Assembly: GCA_963816395.1 (NCBI GenBank)
Contig: CAWFKQ010000005.1
Location: 160,001 to 224,000 of the forward strand
Origin: an uncultured delta proteobacterium
GTDB lineage: Bacteria; Desulfobacterota; Desulfuromonadia; Desulfuromonadales; JACZKF01
Direction of reading: 5' to 3'
DNA: 64,000 nucleotides
A program made the position numbers and the translations under genes. This document shows positions 10,727 to 21,039 of this stretch, in pieces. The notes under the pieces were generated by a model. That model searched no databases, had not been told where the DNA came from, and saw nothing but the letters and a program-made list of their open reading frames with translations. The first letter of the stretch is position 1. Every line of letters starts with the position of its first letter.

Positions 10727-11012
10727 AAAATTTCAGGGGTCCGGAAAAAGCCGCTAATAGCTGCTGCACCTCGGTCAATGTTTAATTAGCTTAATTTTAC
10801 CTCCATATCTACCCTGCGCAACAAGCCCCCGTCTCCCCTCTTCCTCTTCGTCTACTCCGTCCCTCTCTTCTTCTGAACATTCCCTCGCAAAATCAATAGC
10901 CTGCAAAAAGACGGAGGCCGCGAACATTTTTGGTCCTCGTCATCCCTCAACTAGCCCTTCCCTCCTGCGTAAAATTCCTTCCGGATTCAAGGATTTTCAA
11001 TATTTACCTGGA

Positions 11013-11028
11013 TGGCATATGGATTGCT
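11013..11028 (+). promoter_or_regulatory. sigma54 (-24/-12) promoter candidate
   Basis: TGGCATATGGATTGCT = GG-N10-GC, near consensus. Confidence 0.6.
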
Positions 11029-11194
11029 GTTGATTGATATTGGCAATACCTTGAATTTATCTTAATTTTTTTCTTTTAAAACTAGTTTATGACCATAAAA
11101 TGTGTCTTTGTTGCATCACTTGTGCAGACTAAAAGACACGGTCATAAATTTCACTTTCCTTCAATAAATCAATAATTTTCGAAATTTATCGAGT

Positions 11195-11210
11195 TGGTAT
11201 GGAGATTGCC
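11195..11210 (+). promoter_or_regulatory. Second sigma54 promoter candidate upstream of the Fn3 gene
   Basis: TGGTATGGAGATTGCC = GG-N10-GC, with a TGT-N12-ACA at 11121-11138 upstream. Confidence 0.55.
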
Positions 11211-11381
11211 TTAAGGGCTGTCATCGTTTTCGATTTCTGCAATTTATTGAACCATTAAATTATCAAAATAAAAATAATTTTGAAGGGTGGTGATTATTTA
11301 AAGTTTGTAAGAAAAAAATTTTTGTAATGGAAAATAAATTCAACACATAAATAAATGACAAACAGAATTTAAGGACGGAAA

Positions 11382-12242
11382 ATGATAAAAAAAATATGCT
11401 TCTTGTTTCTATTAGTGAGTTTCTTCCATCTTGTCGGCAACAATGCCTTTGCTAAAGACATCACTCTGGCATGGGACGCAAGTACCGACGCCGATGTCGC
11501 CGGCTATCACGTCTATTACAAAGTCAATTCCTCTTCGCAGCCGTTCGACAGCACCGACGCTATCGAAGGCGATTCTCCGATCGACGTCGGCAACCAACTG
11601 ACGACCACCCTTACGGGCCTGCCGGATGGCGCAGGTCGTCTATTTCGCGGTTACCGCCTACAATTCCGCGGGGCAGGAAAGCTCCTACTCCAACGTGGTC
11701 GCCAGCGAATGGGTACCGCAACTGAACTACCCGGCGAATGGCGATGCTGTCGCCCCGAATGAAGTGACTTTCAGTTGGGGAGCCGCTCCGTCCGGCACCG
11801 ATGTGACCTATACGCTTAGCTACGGAACCGATCCATCCCTGAAGCCGGCCGGTTTGGCCTCTACCACCTCCGCGAATTCTGCGATGCTGGCCGGCGGCGC
11901 CTTCATGGGTCTTCTCGGACTCGGCCTGGCATCCCGCCGCCGGATGCACAAGGTCCTGCTCCTCGCACTGCTGGCGACCCCCCTCTTCTTCTACGGCTGC
12001 GGCGGTGGCGGCGGTGGTGGCGGTGGCGGGAGCGATTCCGCCCCCCCCAAAATGTCAGCGACGGCTCCTCCGCCACGACCACCCCTGGAACTGTCCAGGT
12101 GGTCTCGAACCTCACCGATACCACCTATACCGCCTCGAATCTCCAGCCCTCCACCCAGTACTACTGGAAGGTCGTCGCGACGGATGCCAAGGGGAACTCC
12201 TACGAGAGCGTCAGCGGGAGTTTTACGACCGATAAATTCTAA
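11382..12242 (+). CDS. Secreted fibronectin type III protein with an internal hydrophobic hairpin and a lipobox-like GC(G)n motif, frameshifted
   Basis: Signal peptide ending AFA; ITLAWD..GYHVYY..VGNQLTTTLTGL..YFAVTAYN..ESSYSN; second Fn3 ends NLQPSTQYYWKVVATD...FTTDKF* (TAA 12240-12242). Frameshifts near 11630 and at the C8 run 12041-12048. Confidence 0.75.
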
Positions 12243-12393
12243 GGTGGTCCAATTCAACACAACAGTACTCCCGCGTGTCGACTAAGTGTATAATTATTAA
12301 ATTCCTTTAGCGCCCTATCGTGCTAAGGCATTCCCCTGCCTGAAATAAATGGTTGTCTTGGTATGGGAATGAAAAGGATCTGGAGAAAATCAA

Positions 12394-13826
12394 ATGAAAA
12401 GCAATTTCTTTTCCCTTATGTTTGCAGTCATTAGTGTATTGGCCGTAACCAATTACGGATGGGCGGCACCGTCTGTCAACTCGGCCGATGGAACCTTCAG
12501 CCAAGGGCAGTCCATTAATATTTCTGGTTCAGGCTTCGGTACAAAGCCAACTGCTGCACCTGTACTATGGGATACAGTAGATAATATTCCTTCTTATTCA
12601 GGGCTTTCCGATGGCAATTCGATTCCTGTGGGAGGTTCAAATCCATGGCCAAGCCCTTATGGAAATTCAAGCGGAAAAAACTATGTCAAATATAATACAA
12701 ACGATGGACAACGCGGTGTAAGTAGTGCGCAATACAAAGCAACAAATCAAACAACTGCATACCTTGACGGTCTGACTTGGCCCGCAACAGGTTACACTTA
12801 TGTTTCCTGGTGGTGGAAGACAGACACCAACGTCGGAGGCGGTGACCATTCTTCAAAGTTTTTGAGGATGTCGGATGCTTCAGACGAGGTAAATAGAACC
12901 TTTTCTTGGACGCAAAGACAAGATTACGTATATGATACTTCTTCTTCGTGTGATTTTGTCAACCAATATGGAGTTGATTTTCAGAATTATTGCTCAGATT
13001 TCAGCTACACATATTCGCAACCAGTGAATACCTGGGTATTTTTTGAGGCTTGGTTCAATAGCAAAAATCAAACGTACACACTTAGGATGAATGGATCAAA
13101 AATAAGAACTACTTCCTACTCACCAGGAACGACATCTTTTAACGAACTATGGAAAATTGGCTTTGATGGTGGTGGAAATTCCCCTCCAAGTATTACCTGG
13201 TGGATGGATGATATCTATGTTGACAATTCATTTTCTCGAGTAATGCTGGGTAATGCACCAACTTATGATTCCTCTACCCACTTTGAAATGCAACCGCTCT
13301 CTTCGTGGTCAGAAGGAAGCATTACAGCGAAATTCAACCAAGGATCCTTTGCTAATGGTGCAACCGCATATATCTACATTATAGATGCCAGTGGTGCGGT
13401 GAATTCTAACGGTTATCCCATTACAATCGGCGGCGGAAGCGGTCCGGCTCCGACCCCGACCCGGTTCCGACCCCGATTCTTGTCGACAATCCGCCATCGA
13501 TCGGGATCATCTCTCCCGACCCGGCTAGTGCCTCCTCTACCAACGGGCAAATAGACATTAAGGGCAATGCATCGGACGATGTGGGAATTTCCAGCATTTC
13601 CTGGACGAACAATAACGGCGATAGCGGTTCCGCAGCCAATCCTTCAGGCGATTGGTCCTCTTGGGGCATTGACAACCTCAACCTTCAGGCTGGCAGCAGC
13701 CTTATTACGGTTACGGCAACAGATACTAGCGGTCAAACATCGTCCGCGACCATCACCATTACAAACACGCAAACCAGCGGCACCCTCCCCCCCCCTCCGC
13801 CGGCAGGATTGCATATTGTAAATTGA
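12394..13826 (+). CDS. Secreted beta-rich protein with a C-terminal Ig-like domain and a PPPPPAGLHIVN tail, frameshifted near 13460
   Basis: Signal peptide, Trp/Tyr-rich beta-sandwich and a Pro/Thr linker. The reconstructed continuation DNPPSIGIISP...KGNASDDVGISSISW...ITVTATDTSG joins ORF 13581-13826. Confidence 0.7.
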
Positions 13827-13881
13827 TGATTCTTTTTTCCAAGAAAACACAAGGGAGCTATTGAGCTTCCAAGCACGGTTC

Positions 13882-13918
13882 ATACAAAATCCCCGCTGAA
13901 AGGCGGGGATTTTTGTAT
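13882..13918. terminator. Bidirectional intrinsic terminator
   Basis: atacaaaatccccgc-tgaaag-gcggggatttttgtat between convergent genes. Confidence 0.8.
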
Positions 13919-14730
13919 CATAAGGATTGTGGAGTTTTGCCCTGATTACCTGTGGGCGAAGCTTTCCCCTTATTGGCGACCGCTACCAACATGTGGCCAT
14001 ATCCAAGCAAGGCCGCAAGCGTACCGAAGAAGTTAGCCAGCACGTTCTGTAATCGGCTACCGAAGAATGGAATCCACAGAATTTTATAATATCCTACACC
14101 CTTAATAACGGATTCAGGGAATAGTGTAAGAAGTTCATCTCGTGTAAATCGAAAAATATAATCAACTCCGGCCTGGCCGGGCTTACCTTCCTTTACCCAC
14201 CCAGCCCTTCGTTTGCTTTTGGAATAATGGTGAACCGAAACACTTAAAATGCCTTCCTCCTTCGTGACCCGCGCAAGTTCAGCAACGGTTCGCTCCTGCG
14301 GTCCACCTGGTCTGAGATGCTGCAGGGCATTAGCACAGACACAACAATCAAAGACAGAGTTCTTGAAGGGGAGTGAATTCAAGTCGGCTTGAATAACGAT
14401 CACGTTGGAAAGGCTTTTCTCCTTCAGAACTTTTAGGCTATCTCTAGATAAATCCACAGCTACGACTGTATTGCAGCGGGCGCTAAGTGTTATTGTCGGC
14501 AGTCCTGTACCACACCCTGCATCAAGACATAACCCGGTGCCAGTTGGAATTTGCCGTACCGATTGCCGAATGCAGGAGGAATAAACTGGATCGGTCTGTC
14601 GTAGGCTGTCGTATGAAGAAGATGCTTTATCCCAGGCAGCGGCAAAGGAAAAGCGCATCCATTTTCCACGAGGATTGCTGCCTGAGAACTGCCGCAAACT
14701 AATTATGGATTTCCGGATCGGCAAGGACAA
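13918..14730 (-). CDS. Class I SAM-dependent methyltransferase (start may be ATG 14658)
   Basis: LDAGCGTG motif I, VDLS, QADLNSLPF and ALQH. Confidence 0.85.
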   Translation of the reverse strand: MSLPIRKSIISLRQFSGSNPRGKWMRFSFAAAWDKASSSYDSLRQTDPVYSSCIRQSVRQIPTGTGLCLDAGCGTGLPTITLSARCNTVVAVDLSRDSLKVLKEKSLSNVIVIQADLNSLPFKNSVFDCCVCANALQHLRPGGPQERTVAELARVTKEEGILSVSVHHYSKSKRRAGWVKEGKPGQAGVDYIFRFTRDELLTLFPESVIKGVGYYKILWIPFFGSRLQNVLANFFGTLAALLGYGHMLVAVANKGKASPTGNQGKTPQSL

Positions 14731-14846
14731 TTTCCTCCCTGCCCTCTCTCCTCGAAACCTTGTATCTCCAAATCCGCAGAAGTCAAACTGCGCTGCGCTG
14801 ACATATAATTGGAAGATTGGCCATGGAATTTAATGAAAATGACGGC

Positions 14847-14937
14847 TGTCGATTTTCTTTACTGTCGTAATCTAAAAAATTTACGTTAGCGTAAGGACTT
14901 ATATTTCAAGTCTTTGCATATTGGTCTATTTTTTGCT
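14847..14937 (+). promoter_or_regulatory. PEP-CTERM-box-like enhancer plus sigma54 promoter of PEP-CTERM gene 1
   Basis: TGTCGATTTTCTTTACT (14847-14863) and TGGTCTATTTTTTGCT (14922-14937, GG-N10-GC). Confidence 0.6.
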
Positions 14938-15019
14938 AAGCCCAAAGGGGATGGGGGGTTTTGTTCCATCACAATGAGTACTTATCTCTCCAGCGATCCA
15001 ATCAAACAAAGGGGGGCGA

Positions 15020-15702
15020 GTGAAATCAAAAATCTTCTTAATCGTCTGCATGATATTATCTCTTGTTCTCCCAGAAGCAGCCATTTCAGCGCCTATTTAC
15101 ATCACGGCGATGGGGCATGTTGATGTTATTAATTCCGATTCTGCAGGTATCATTGCTGATCACGGATATGAGATGGGACTCCAGTCAGCTTTAGTTTCGC
15201 CATTGATTTCCAAAGACCAGGTACCTTTACTACCAATAGTGGAAGCATTATTGATTATGTAAACCCGGATGGCAATCCAGACTTCTATACAAGATTTATA
15301 TCAGGTGATATTCTCAATGAAAAGGAAGGCGGCATTTTCAATGGAGAAAATGACATTCTTGAATACGATTATGGTACTAGAGGTAATATTGGTGATTTAG
15401 AGACACTAAATAGAGACTGGTTTGAAGGCTGGCTGGCACTAGGCTCTCAAGACTCTTATTTGGCGATTATGGACATACTTCCGTCGCCAGAGGAATGGCA
15501 TACAGGCGGGTCATTCGGGTTCTATTCAACAGGAGCTTATGATTCGATTTGTAACTATTCCTCATTTTCTGGATTACTGATAATAGAGGACATCCATACC
15601 ACATCCCCTGTACCAGAACCATCGACTTGGATTCTTTTTTTCATCAGTTTCCTCGTCTTTGGTAGACGTAATAAGTTTTTCTATTACAGAAATATTTCTT
15701 AG
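15020..15702 (+). CDS. PEP-CTERM sorting domain protein, frameshifted
   Basis: N-terminal signal peptide (ORF 15020-15262); C-terminal VPEPSTWILFFISFLVFGRRNK. Confidence 0.85.
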
Positions 15703-15709
15703 ATTAAAA

Positions 15710-17058
15710 TTATTCTGTGGCGACATAAGAAACCACAAACCTTCTTTTGTTGGAGGATTCCAGTGGTATCTCTGAACCAACTCCATTTCAATCGCCAGAT
15801 CCGGATCCCCTTTTTTTAGAATCTCGCTTTTTATTTTCTCCCAGTGTTCTGGGAGATAATTTGCCCGAGGCACGATCTCGACGCCGATGGCACCAGGTTG
15901 CCTCTGGGTGATCTTGAAAGTATCAATGGAAGGGTAGTATTCGAAAATCCCGGTAAAGAAGTGGACGATTAGCCGATTACCTCGCGGGGTAATGATTACG
16001 TCGGTATCCCTTCCTTCTATGGCCTCCATCGTCTCGAAGCCGCGGCCACACGGACAAGGGATCGCCGGTGCCATTCGGCCCATGTCTCCTACCCTATACC
16101 GGATGAGGGGCATAGCCCCGGCGTCCAAACGCGTTAGAAGAATATTGCCCGGCATGCCGGCGGGAACGGCCTTTCCAGCCTCATCGACTACCTCCACAAT
16201 AACGTGCGGCATAAAAACATGATAAGCTTTCTCTTCACATTGCGCCGCGACTTGAATACCTTCGCCACAGCCATAAGTATCGGTAACGCGGCACCCAAAA
16301 GCCTTCTCCATTTCTTCCCGGTAATGCCGATAAAGATTATCTCCCCAGCAGACGATGCCATCTAATCGATGGTTAAAGCCCAGCCGGCGTGCCCTCTGGG
16401 CCAAAAAATAGACACTTCCAGGATAGCCCATGACATATTTCAGACCGCGTTCTTCGATGATGGAAAGATAGCGGTCCAGAACAGAATCCGAGAGATCAAA
16501 GGCGGAAACATACTGCACCCCCAGCAGATGGTCTTTCACCCTTTTCACCAGTCCACGGCTCAAGGACATCCCGGTTTGAAGCATGGGATCGCCGATTTCC
16601 CATCCGGAGAAATTCGCCCTTAAAAGCATCAGCGCTCTGGCATCACTCAGGGTGCGTGAATCCACTCTTACGGCGAAGGGACGCCCTGATGAACCGCTGG
16701 TAAAGGACTCCCGAGCAGGATAAGGTGTTTTTCGCACGCAACGATCTGGATAACCTTCCCGCAGATCATCCTTGGATATGGGAGGAAAATGAACCAAGTC
16801 CCCCCGCTTTGAAATATCCCCGACTCGAATCCCATGCCGGTCGAAACATTCACGGTAGAGGGGAACCTGATTGTAAGCGGTCAACAATGTTTCCTGAAGA
16901 CGCTTCTCCTGCTCTTCCAGCAGTCGGTCCAAGGACCACCACTGAGCATCCCGAAAATACCGGTAAGATTCCATCACCTTCTGCCGGGACAGCCTGTCGC
17001 CGACCGGGAGAATAAACTTTTCCAGCAGCACTGATTTCCTGGAAAACGCTCTGTTCAT
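15710..17058 (-). CDS. Phenylacetate-CoA ligase-like (PaaK/CapK family) adenylate-forming enzyme; C-terminal frameshift
   Basis: TSGSSG, TYGCGE, MPLIRYRVGD and GRDTD. The true end reads EIPLESSNKRRFVVSYVATE* in a shifted frame (stop 15710-15712). Confidence 0.88.
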
Positions 17059-17062
17059 ATTT

Positions 17063-18151
17063 TCATCTGTCCTTCAGCAGGCGGACACGGATGCCGTGGG
17101 CCAGGATCTGCCAAAGAATGGCGATCTTGTATCTAAAGAGGTTTTGCAGCAGAAAGCCCATAGTCAGCCATTGATTTTTCCGAAGTGCCTTACGCGCGAA
17201 AAGCTCGTAGCCGGAATCTGGCAGCTTCCTCTGCAAACGCAAGCGATTTTCCGTTTGTTCCGCCAGGAACCTCTGGCTTTCAATCCTATCAAGGTAGCGG
17301 GGGAAAAAATCCTTCTCGATCACCGCAGGGAAAAAAGATTGGCCGCGAATCCGGCCCCCTTCCGCTTCCACCAGCAGACACCCCGTTTGAAGCGTCACGG
17401 GATTCCAACTCATGTCGCCGATGAAGTTTCCCAAGCTATAAGCGATTACCCCTTCCCGGCAGGTTTCGATCTCACGGAGAACGTGAGGATGATGTCCGAC
17501 CACAACTGCCGCACCCGCCTCCAGCATCGCGCGGGCAAGATCCTTCTCTTCCTCGCTGGGTATGACAATGAACTCCTCCCCCCAGTGGATTGAAACGCAC
17601 ACGAGGTCGGCATGCCGTCTAGCCTCTCGAATGCGCCCGAGAAAATGATTTCCATCAAACTCATTGTAACCGGGCTGGGCCGAGAAACCCTGTCGCGGGC
17701 GCGCGGAGCACCCCAGAAAGGCAACTATTTTCCCTTTGATCCGCAGAAAATCAGCCGGCTCGAAATCGTCGGGGATCCCCACGACTTTAATTCCGGCCGC
17801 CTGCAGAGATCTGACCGTTGTCCAGAAGGCTTCTCTCTCATGCTCCCACGCATGATTGTTGGCGACATTGAGGACCGTCAGTCCGGCCTGCTTGAGAAAT
17901 GGGATGTAATTGATTACTCCAAGGCAGCAGGTTTCATTACCCGGGTGGTCCGAATCGGATGCCAGGGCAAATTCGAGGTTGCCGAAAAACAGATCCGGAC
18001 GGATGGTCGGCGGCAGTAATCGGCTGCCGAGGTTCCCTGGAATTTCCTTGCGATATCGGGAGTAGAATCCAAAACCAGGAGCCTTGGGGTGGTTTCCCAG
18101 GGCGATATCCCCGACAAACGCCAGCTGCAGAGCGGTATCCTTATCTCGCAT
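17063..18151 (-). CDS. CapA/PGA_cap family metallophosphatase-like protein
   Basis: VGDI, GNLE, ANNH, HWGEE, GHHPH and YSLGNF. Confidence 0.9.
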   Translation of the reverse strand: MRDKDTALQLAFVGDIALGNHPKAPGFGFYSRYRKEIPGNLGSRLLPPTIRPDLFFGNLEFALASDSDHPGNETCCLGVINYIPFLKQAGLTVLNVANNHAWEHEREAFWTTVRSLQAAGIKVVGIPDDFEPADFLRIKGKIVAFLGCSARPRQGFSAQPGYNEFDGNHFLGRIREARRHADLVCVSIHWGEEFIVIPSEEEKDLARAMLEAGAAVVVGHHPHVLREIETCREGVIAYSLGNFIGDMSWNPVTLQTGCLLVEAEGGRIRGQSFFPAVIEKDFFPRYLDRIESQRFLAEQTENRLRLQRKLPDSGYELFARKALRKNQWLTMGFLLQNLFRYKIAILWQILAHGIRVRLLKDR

Positions 18152-18154
18152 GGA

Positions 18155-19129
18155 TCAGAGGTTCTCCAGGATTCGTCCCAAGTTAGAAATTCTTTCACGC
18201 ATTTCCGCCCGAGCCAGGGAAACCCACTGGCCGCATTCCGTGGCCAGCCTTGAACGATCGGCGTAAGCGCACCTGACAGCGGAAGCGATCGCCGTCGCTT
18301 GATTCTCGGTGAAAACCGTGCCGCCGGTGAAAAACTCCAGCAGGGCTTTTTTCTTCGACAGAACGAGTGGCTTGCCGGCTTCGAGCGCCTCGTAGGCGCC
18401 ACAGACCAGGCAATTTTCATTGTCGGTCAGATCGATGACAACCTGTGAGGTGAAAAGATGATGGTAAAACTCGGCTTCCGGAACGAATCCGAGGAGCTTC
18501 ACGTGGGCAAAATCGGCGGGCGAAATGCCTCCCTTTCGGTAATTTCCGGAAACATAAAAGCGGAATCCCTCGGGTGCGAGCATCTCGGCAGCCCGGAATA
18601 CTTCCGTATAGGGTTCGTCCACGTCAAAAGAGCAGATGAAAAATACCTTCCGTGCAACATCCGCCCCTTGGAAGCGATACCTGGAGAGATCAGGAAGCGG
18701 GTCCGAACACACGAATTCCCTTCCTCCCAGGCGGCGAATACGCTCTGCATGATTCTTATTTGTGACGATCACCAAATCTGCTGATCGATTGCAGTGGTCC
18801 AGGACCCTCTGAAAAGTATTACTGCCATTGTAAGCCTCGATCCCGCCATAATGAGCATCGATTGCCACTCGGAAACCAAGAAAATGCCGAATCTTGAGCA
18901 AGAAGAATGTAAGTACCACTGAAGGATTTTGGCAGATGACAATGGCCGGCCTCTCCCTGAGTAGAAGGACCACTGTCCTGCTGATACATGCCATATAGCG
19001 AATTATTCGGCCATGACTGGAGAAAACCTCGCATAAAGGGGCGCCAAGAGCACTTGACATCGACCGGTTGCGGAGCTGTTTCTCCCAGGTAATCCAGAGC
19101 ATTTTCGATCTGGAGGGGGCAGCACTCAT
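18155..19129 (-). CDS. Glycosyltransferase (GT-B fold)
   Basis: QNPS, IDAH and CGAYEAL..GKPLVLS; EPS operon context. Confidence 0.8.
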   Translation of the reverse strand: MSAAPSRSKMLWITWEKQLRNRSMSSALGAPLCEVFSSHGRIIRYMACISRTVVLLLRERPAIVICQNPSVVLTFFLLKIRHFLGFRVAIDAHYGGIEAYNGSNTFQRVLDHCNRSADLVIVTNKNHAERIRRLGGREFVCSDPLPDLSRYRFQGADVARKVFFICSFDVDEPYTEVFRAAEMLAPEGFRFYVSGNYRKGGISPADFAHVKLLGFVPEAEFYHHLFTSQVVIDLTDNENCLVCGAYEALEAGKPLVLSKKKALLEFFTGGTVFTENQATAIASAVRCAYADRSRLATECGQWVSLARAEMRERISNLGRILENL

Positions 19130-19137
19130 GGCGTTCC

Positions 19138-20970
19138 TTACCCCTTCAGGAAAATATCTTTCCACATTAGATAGTTGAGAAGAGGCCAAAGAAGATCCTG
19201 GTGATCTGCCAAGCCTTCGCGGTGCTCGAGGATTATGCGCTCCAGTTTATGCGGGTTGATCCCGAGGAGAGAGTGACGCGCATCCAGGATATGGTCCAGT
19301 CCCTTCTCCAGGGAACCATTCGCCCGCATCCAAGCCCCGACCGGCACCCCAAAACCAACTTTCCGTTTGTAAACAATTTTCTTAGGCAGATCACGAGAGC
19401 CCGCGAGCTTGAACAGGTATTTCGGTTGCAGGTTTCGGATCTTCTCAGATGCTGGAATGCTGAAAGCCAGGTCTACCATGGCGTTATCCAGAATCGGCAC
19501 CCGCGCCTCCACAGAAGCTCCCATGCTCATTTTGTCCTGGCGAAGGAGAATCGGCTGCAGGTAGGTCTCAAATTCATACACCAGCAAATTGTCGAGAAGC
19601 GACCGTGAGTCCCGCCAGCAGTCGTCCAATAGAGTTCGTCGTTCCCTGAGGTCGAGCTCATTTCGGTCCGACAACCAAGCCACCTTTTCAGAGATGGCAA
19701 ATACCGGATTCCAGAAAACCAGGTCATTTTTGCTCATCCCCAGAAAATTCCCTGGTTTTTTCCCCCTTTCGCGGGAAACCCAGTCCAGACCCAAACGGAA
19801 AAACGGCCTTAGGATGGCGGGCAGACGTCCATAGGTTTCTCCAAGCCGGCAGAGATAATAGCGCGGATACCCTCCGAACAATTCGTCCGCTCCCTCACCG
19901 GTGAGAAGGGCCTTAACATGATGTTGTGCATACCGGCATAAATGGTGAATTTCCACCGAATTGGCATGCGTAAGCGGCTCATCGTTGTGCCAGATAACTC
20001 GGGGCAACGATGCACAGAATACAGCAGGATTAGAGGCTACCTCGTGGTATTCCAGGTTCGCGCTGGCTGCAACTTCCTTCGCTTCTGGAGTTTCATCAAA
20101 TCCTTGCTCCGAAAACCCGACCGAAAACGACTTCATCCCGGGGGCTTCACGCGAGGCGAGGACGCTGACCCAACTGGAGTCCACTCCGCCGCTGAGTTGG
20201 GTTCCGAGGGGGACATCGGCCATCAACTGCCGCTGAACAGAAGCATGAAGGGTTTCTTGAATCAAGGGCACCGTCTCACGCCAGTGGACGTGGGAAGCCT
20301 GAGGAGAGGGCTTCCAGAACCGTTCCGACTTCGTGCCGGCCGGGTTAACTTCCATGATCATTCCGGGACCAAGAAGATTTATCCCGGCAAAGAAGGTGCG
20401 GGTGCCAGCTAATGAACGAAAACAGAGATATTCATCAAGAACCCCCTGGTTTTCAACTGAATCAACCTCCGCAGCCTGTAGAATGGCCTTAATTTCGGAA
20501 GCAAAGATCAATACGCCCTCCCGGCGAGCGAAATAGAGGGGTTTGATCCCGACGCGGTCGCGGCATAGGAAAAGCCTCTCCTGGCGACGGTCGTATAGGC
20601 AGAAAGCGAACATCCCATTCAAACGATGAACAAAGTTTTGGCCGAACTCCTCGTAAAGATGCACAATGACTTCGCAGTCGCTGCCCGTTCGGAATTGATG
20701 CCCCTTTGACTTCAAAAAATTTTTCAGTTCTTTGTAGTTGTAAATTTCTCCGTTGGCGATTAGGATAATTTCCCCTCCCTCACTAAAAAGAGGCTGATCT
20801 CCAGAAAATGTGTCGATTATACTTAAGCGTCGGAATCCAAACAATACTCTACCGTCGCTGAATCGCCCTTCTGAATCAGGTCCACGGTGAACGATTGACT
20901 GCAATATAGAGCCAATATCATCATAAAAAATGTTTTTATTGAAATAAAATTTACCTGCAATTCCGCACAC
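19138..20970 (-). CDS. asnB: Asparagine synthase (glutamine-hydrolysing) family amidotransferase
   Basis: N-terminal MCGI, HRGPD, NGEIYN, LSGGVDS, GEGADELFGGY, EARVP and KVGF. Confidence 0.93.
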   Translation of the reverse strand: MCGIAGKFYFNKNIFYDDIGSILQSIVHRGPDSEGRFSDGRVLFGFRRLSIIDTFSGDQPLFSEGGEIILIANGEIYNYKELKNFLKSKGHQFRTGSDCEVIVHLYEEFGQNFVHRLNGMFAFCLYDRRQERLFLCRDRVGIKPLYFARREGVLIFASEIKAILQAAEVDSVENQGVLDEYLCFRSLAGTRTFFAGINLLGPGMIMEVNPAGTKSERFWKPSPQASHVHWRETVPLIQETLHASVQRQLMADVPLGTQLSGGVDSSWVSVLASREAPGMKSFSVGFSEQGFDETPEAKEVAASANLEYHEVASNPAVFCASLPRVIWHNDEPLTHANSVEIHHLCRYAQHHVKALLTGEGADELFGGYPRYYLCRLGETYGRLPAILRPFFRLGLDWVSRERGKKPGNFLGMSKNDLVFWNPVFAISEKVAWLSDRNELDLRERRTLLDDCWRDSRSLLDNLLVYEFETYLQPILLRQDKMSMGASVEARVPILDNAMVDLAFSIPASEKIRNLQPKYLFKLAGSRDLPKKIVYKRKVGFGVPVGAWMRANGSLEKGLDHILDARHSLLGINPHKLERIILEHREGLADHQDLLWPLLNYLMWKDIFLKG

Positions 20971-21039
20971 TCAAATTACCTCTTATATTGTGAATAAGTT
21001 TTTAAAAGCTGTAAGATGTTTATTTAAAATACTCGTGAT

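Noticed and set aside
12041..12048. C8 tract at a frameshift as a phase-variation switch
   Set aside because: One extra C restores the frame, but the window is full of similar indels, so sequencing error is the simpler explanation.
12276..12375. Enhancer/sigma54 pair upstream of the 12394 gene
   Set aside because: A TGTCG half-site and TGGTATGGG are present, but the -12 GC and the TTTAC half-site are missing.
15574..15709. Apparent 130-bp overlap between the PaaK-like ORF and the PEP-CTERM gene
   Set aside because: Artefact of a frameshift; the family-typical C-terminus ends at 15710 in another frame.
17063..18151. Poly-gamma-glutamate capsule synthesis
   Set aside because: Only a CapA-family gene is present; no capB or capC in the window.
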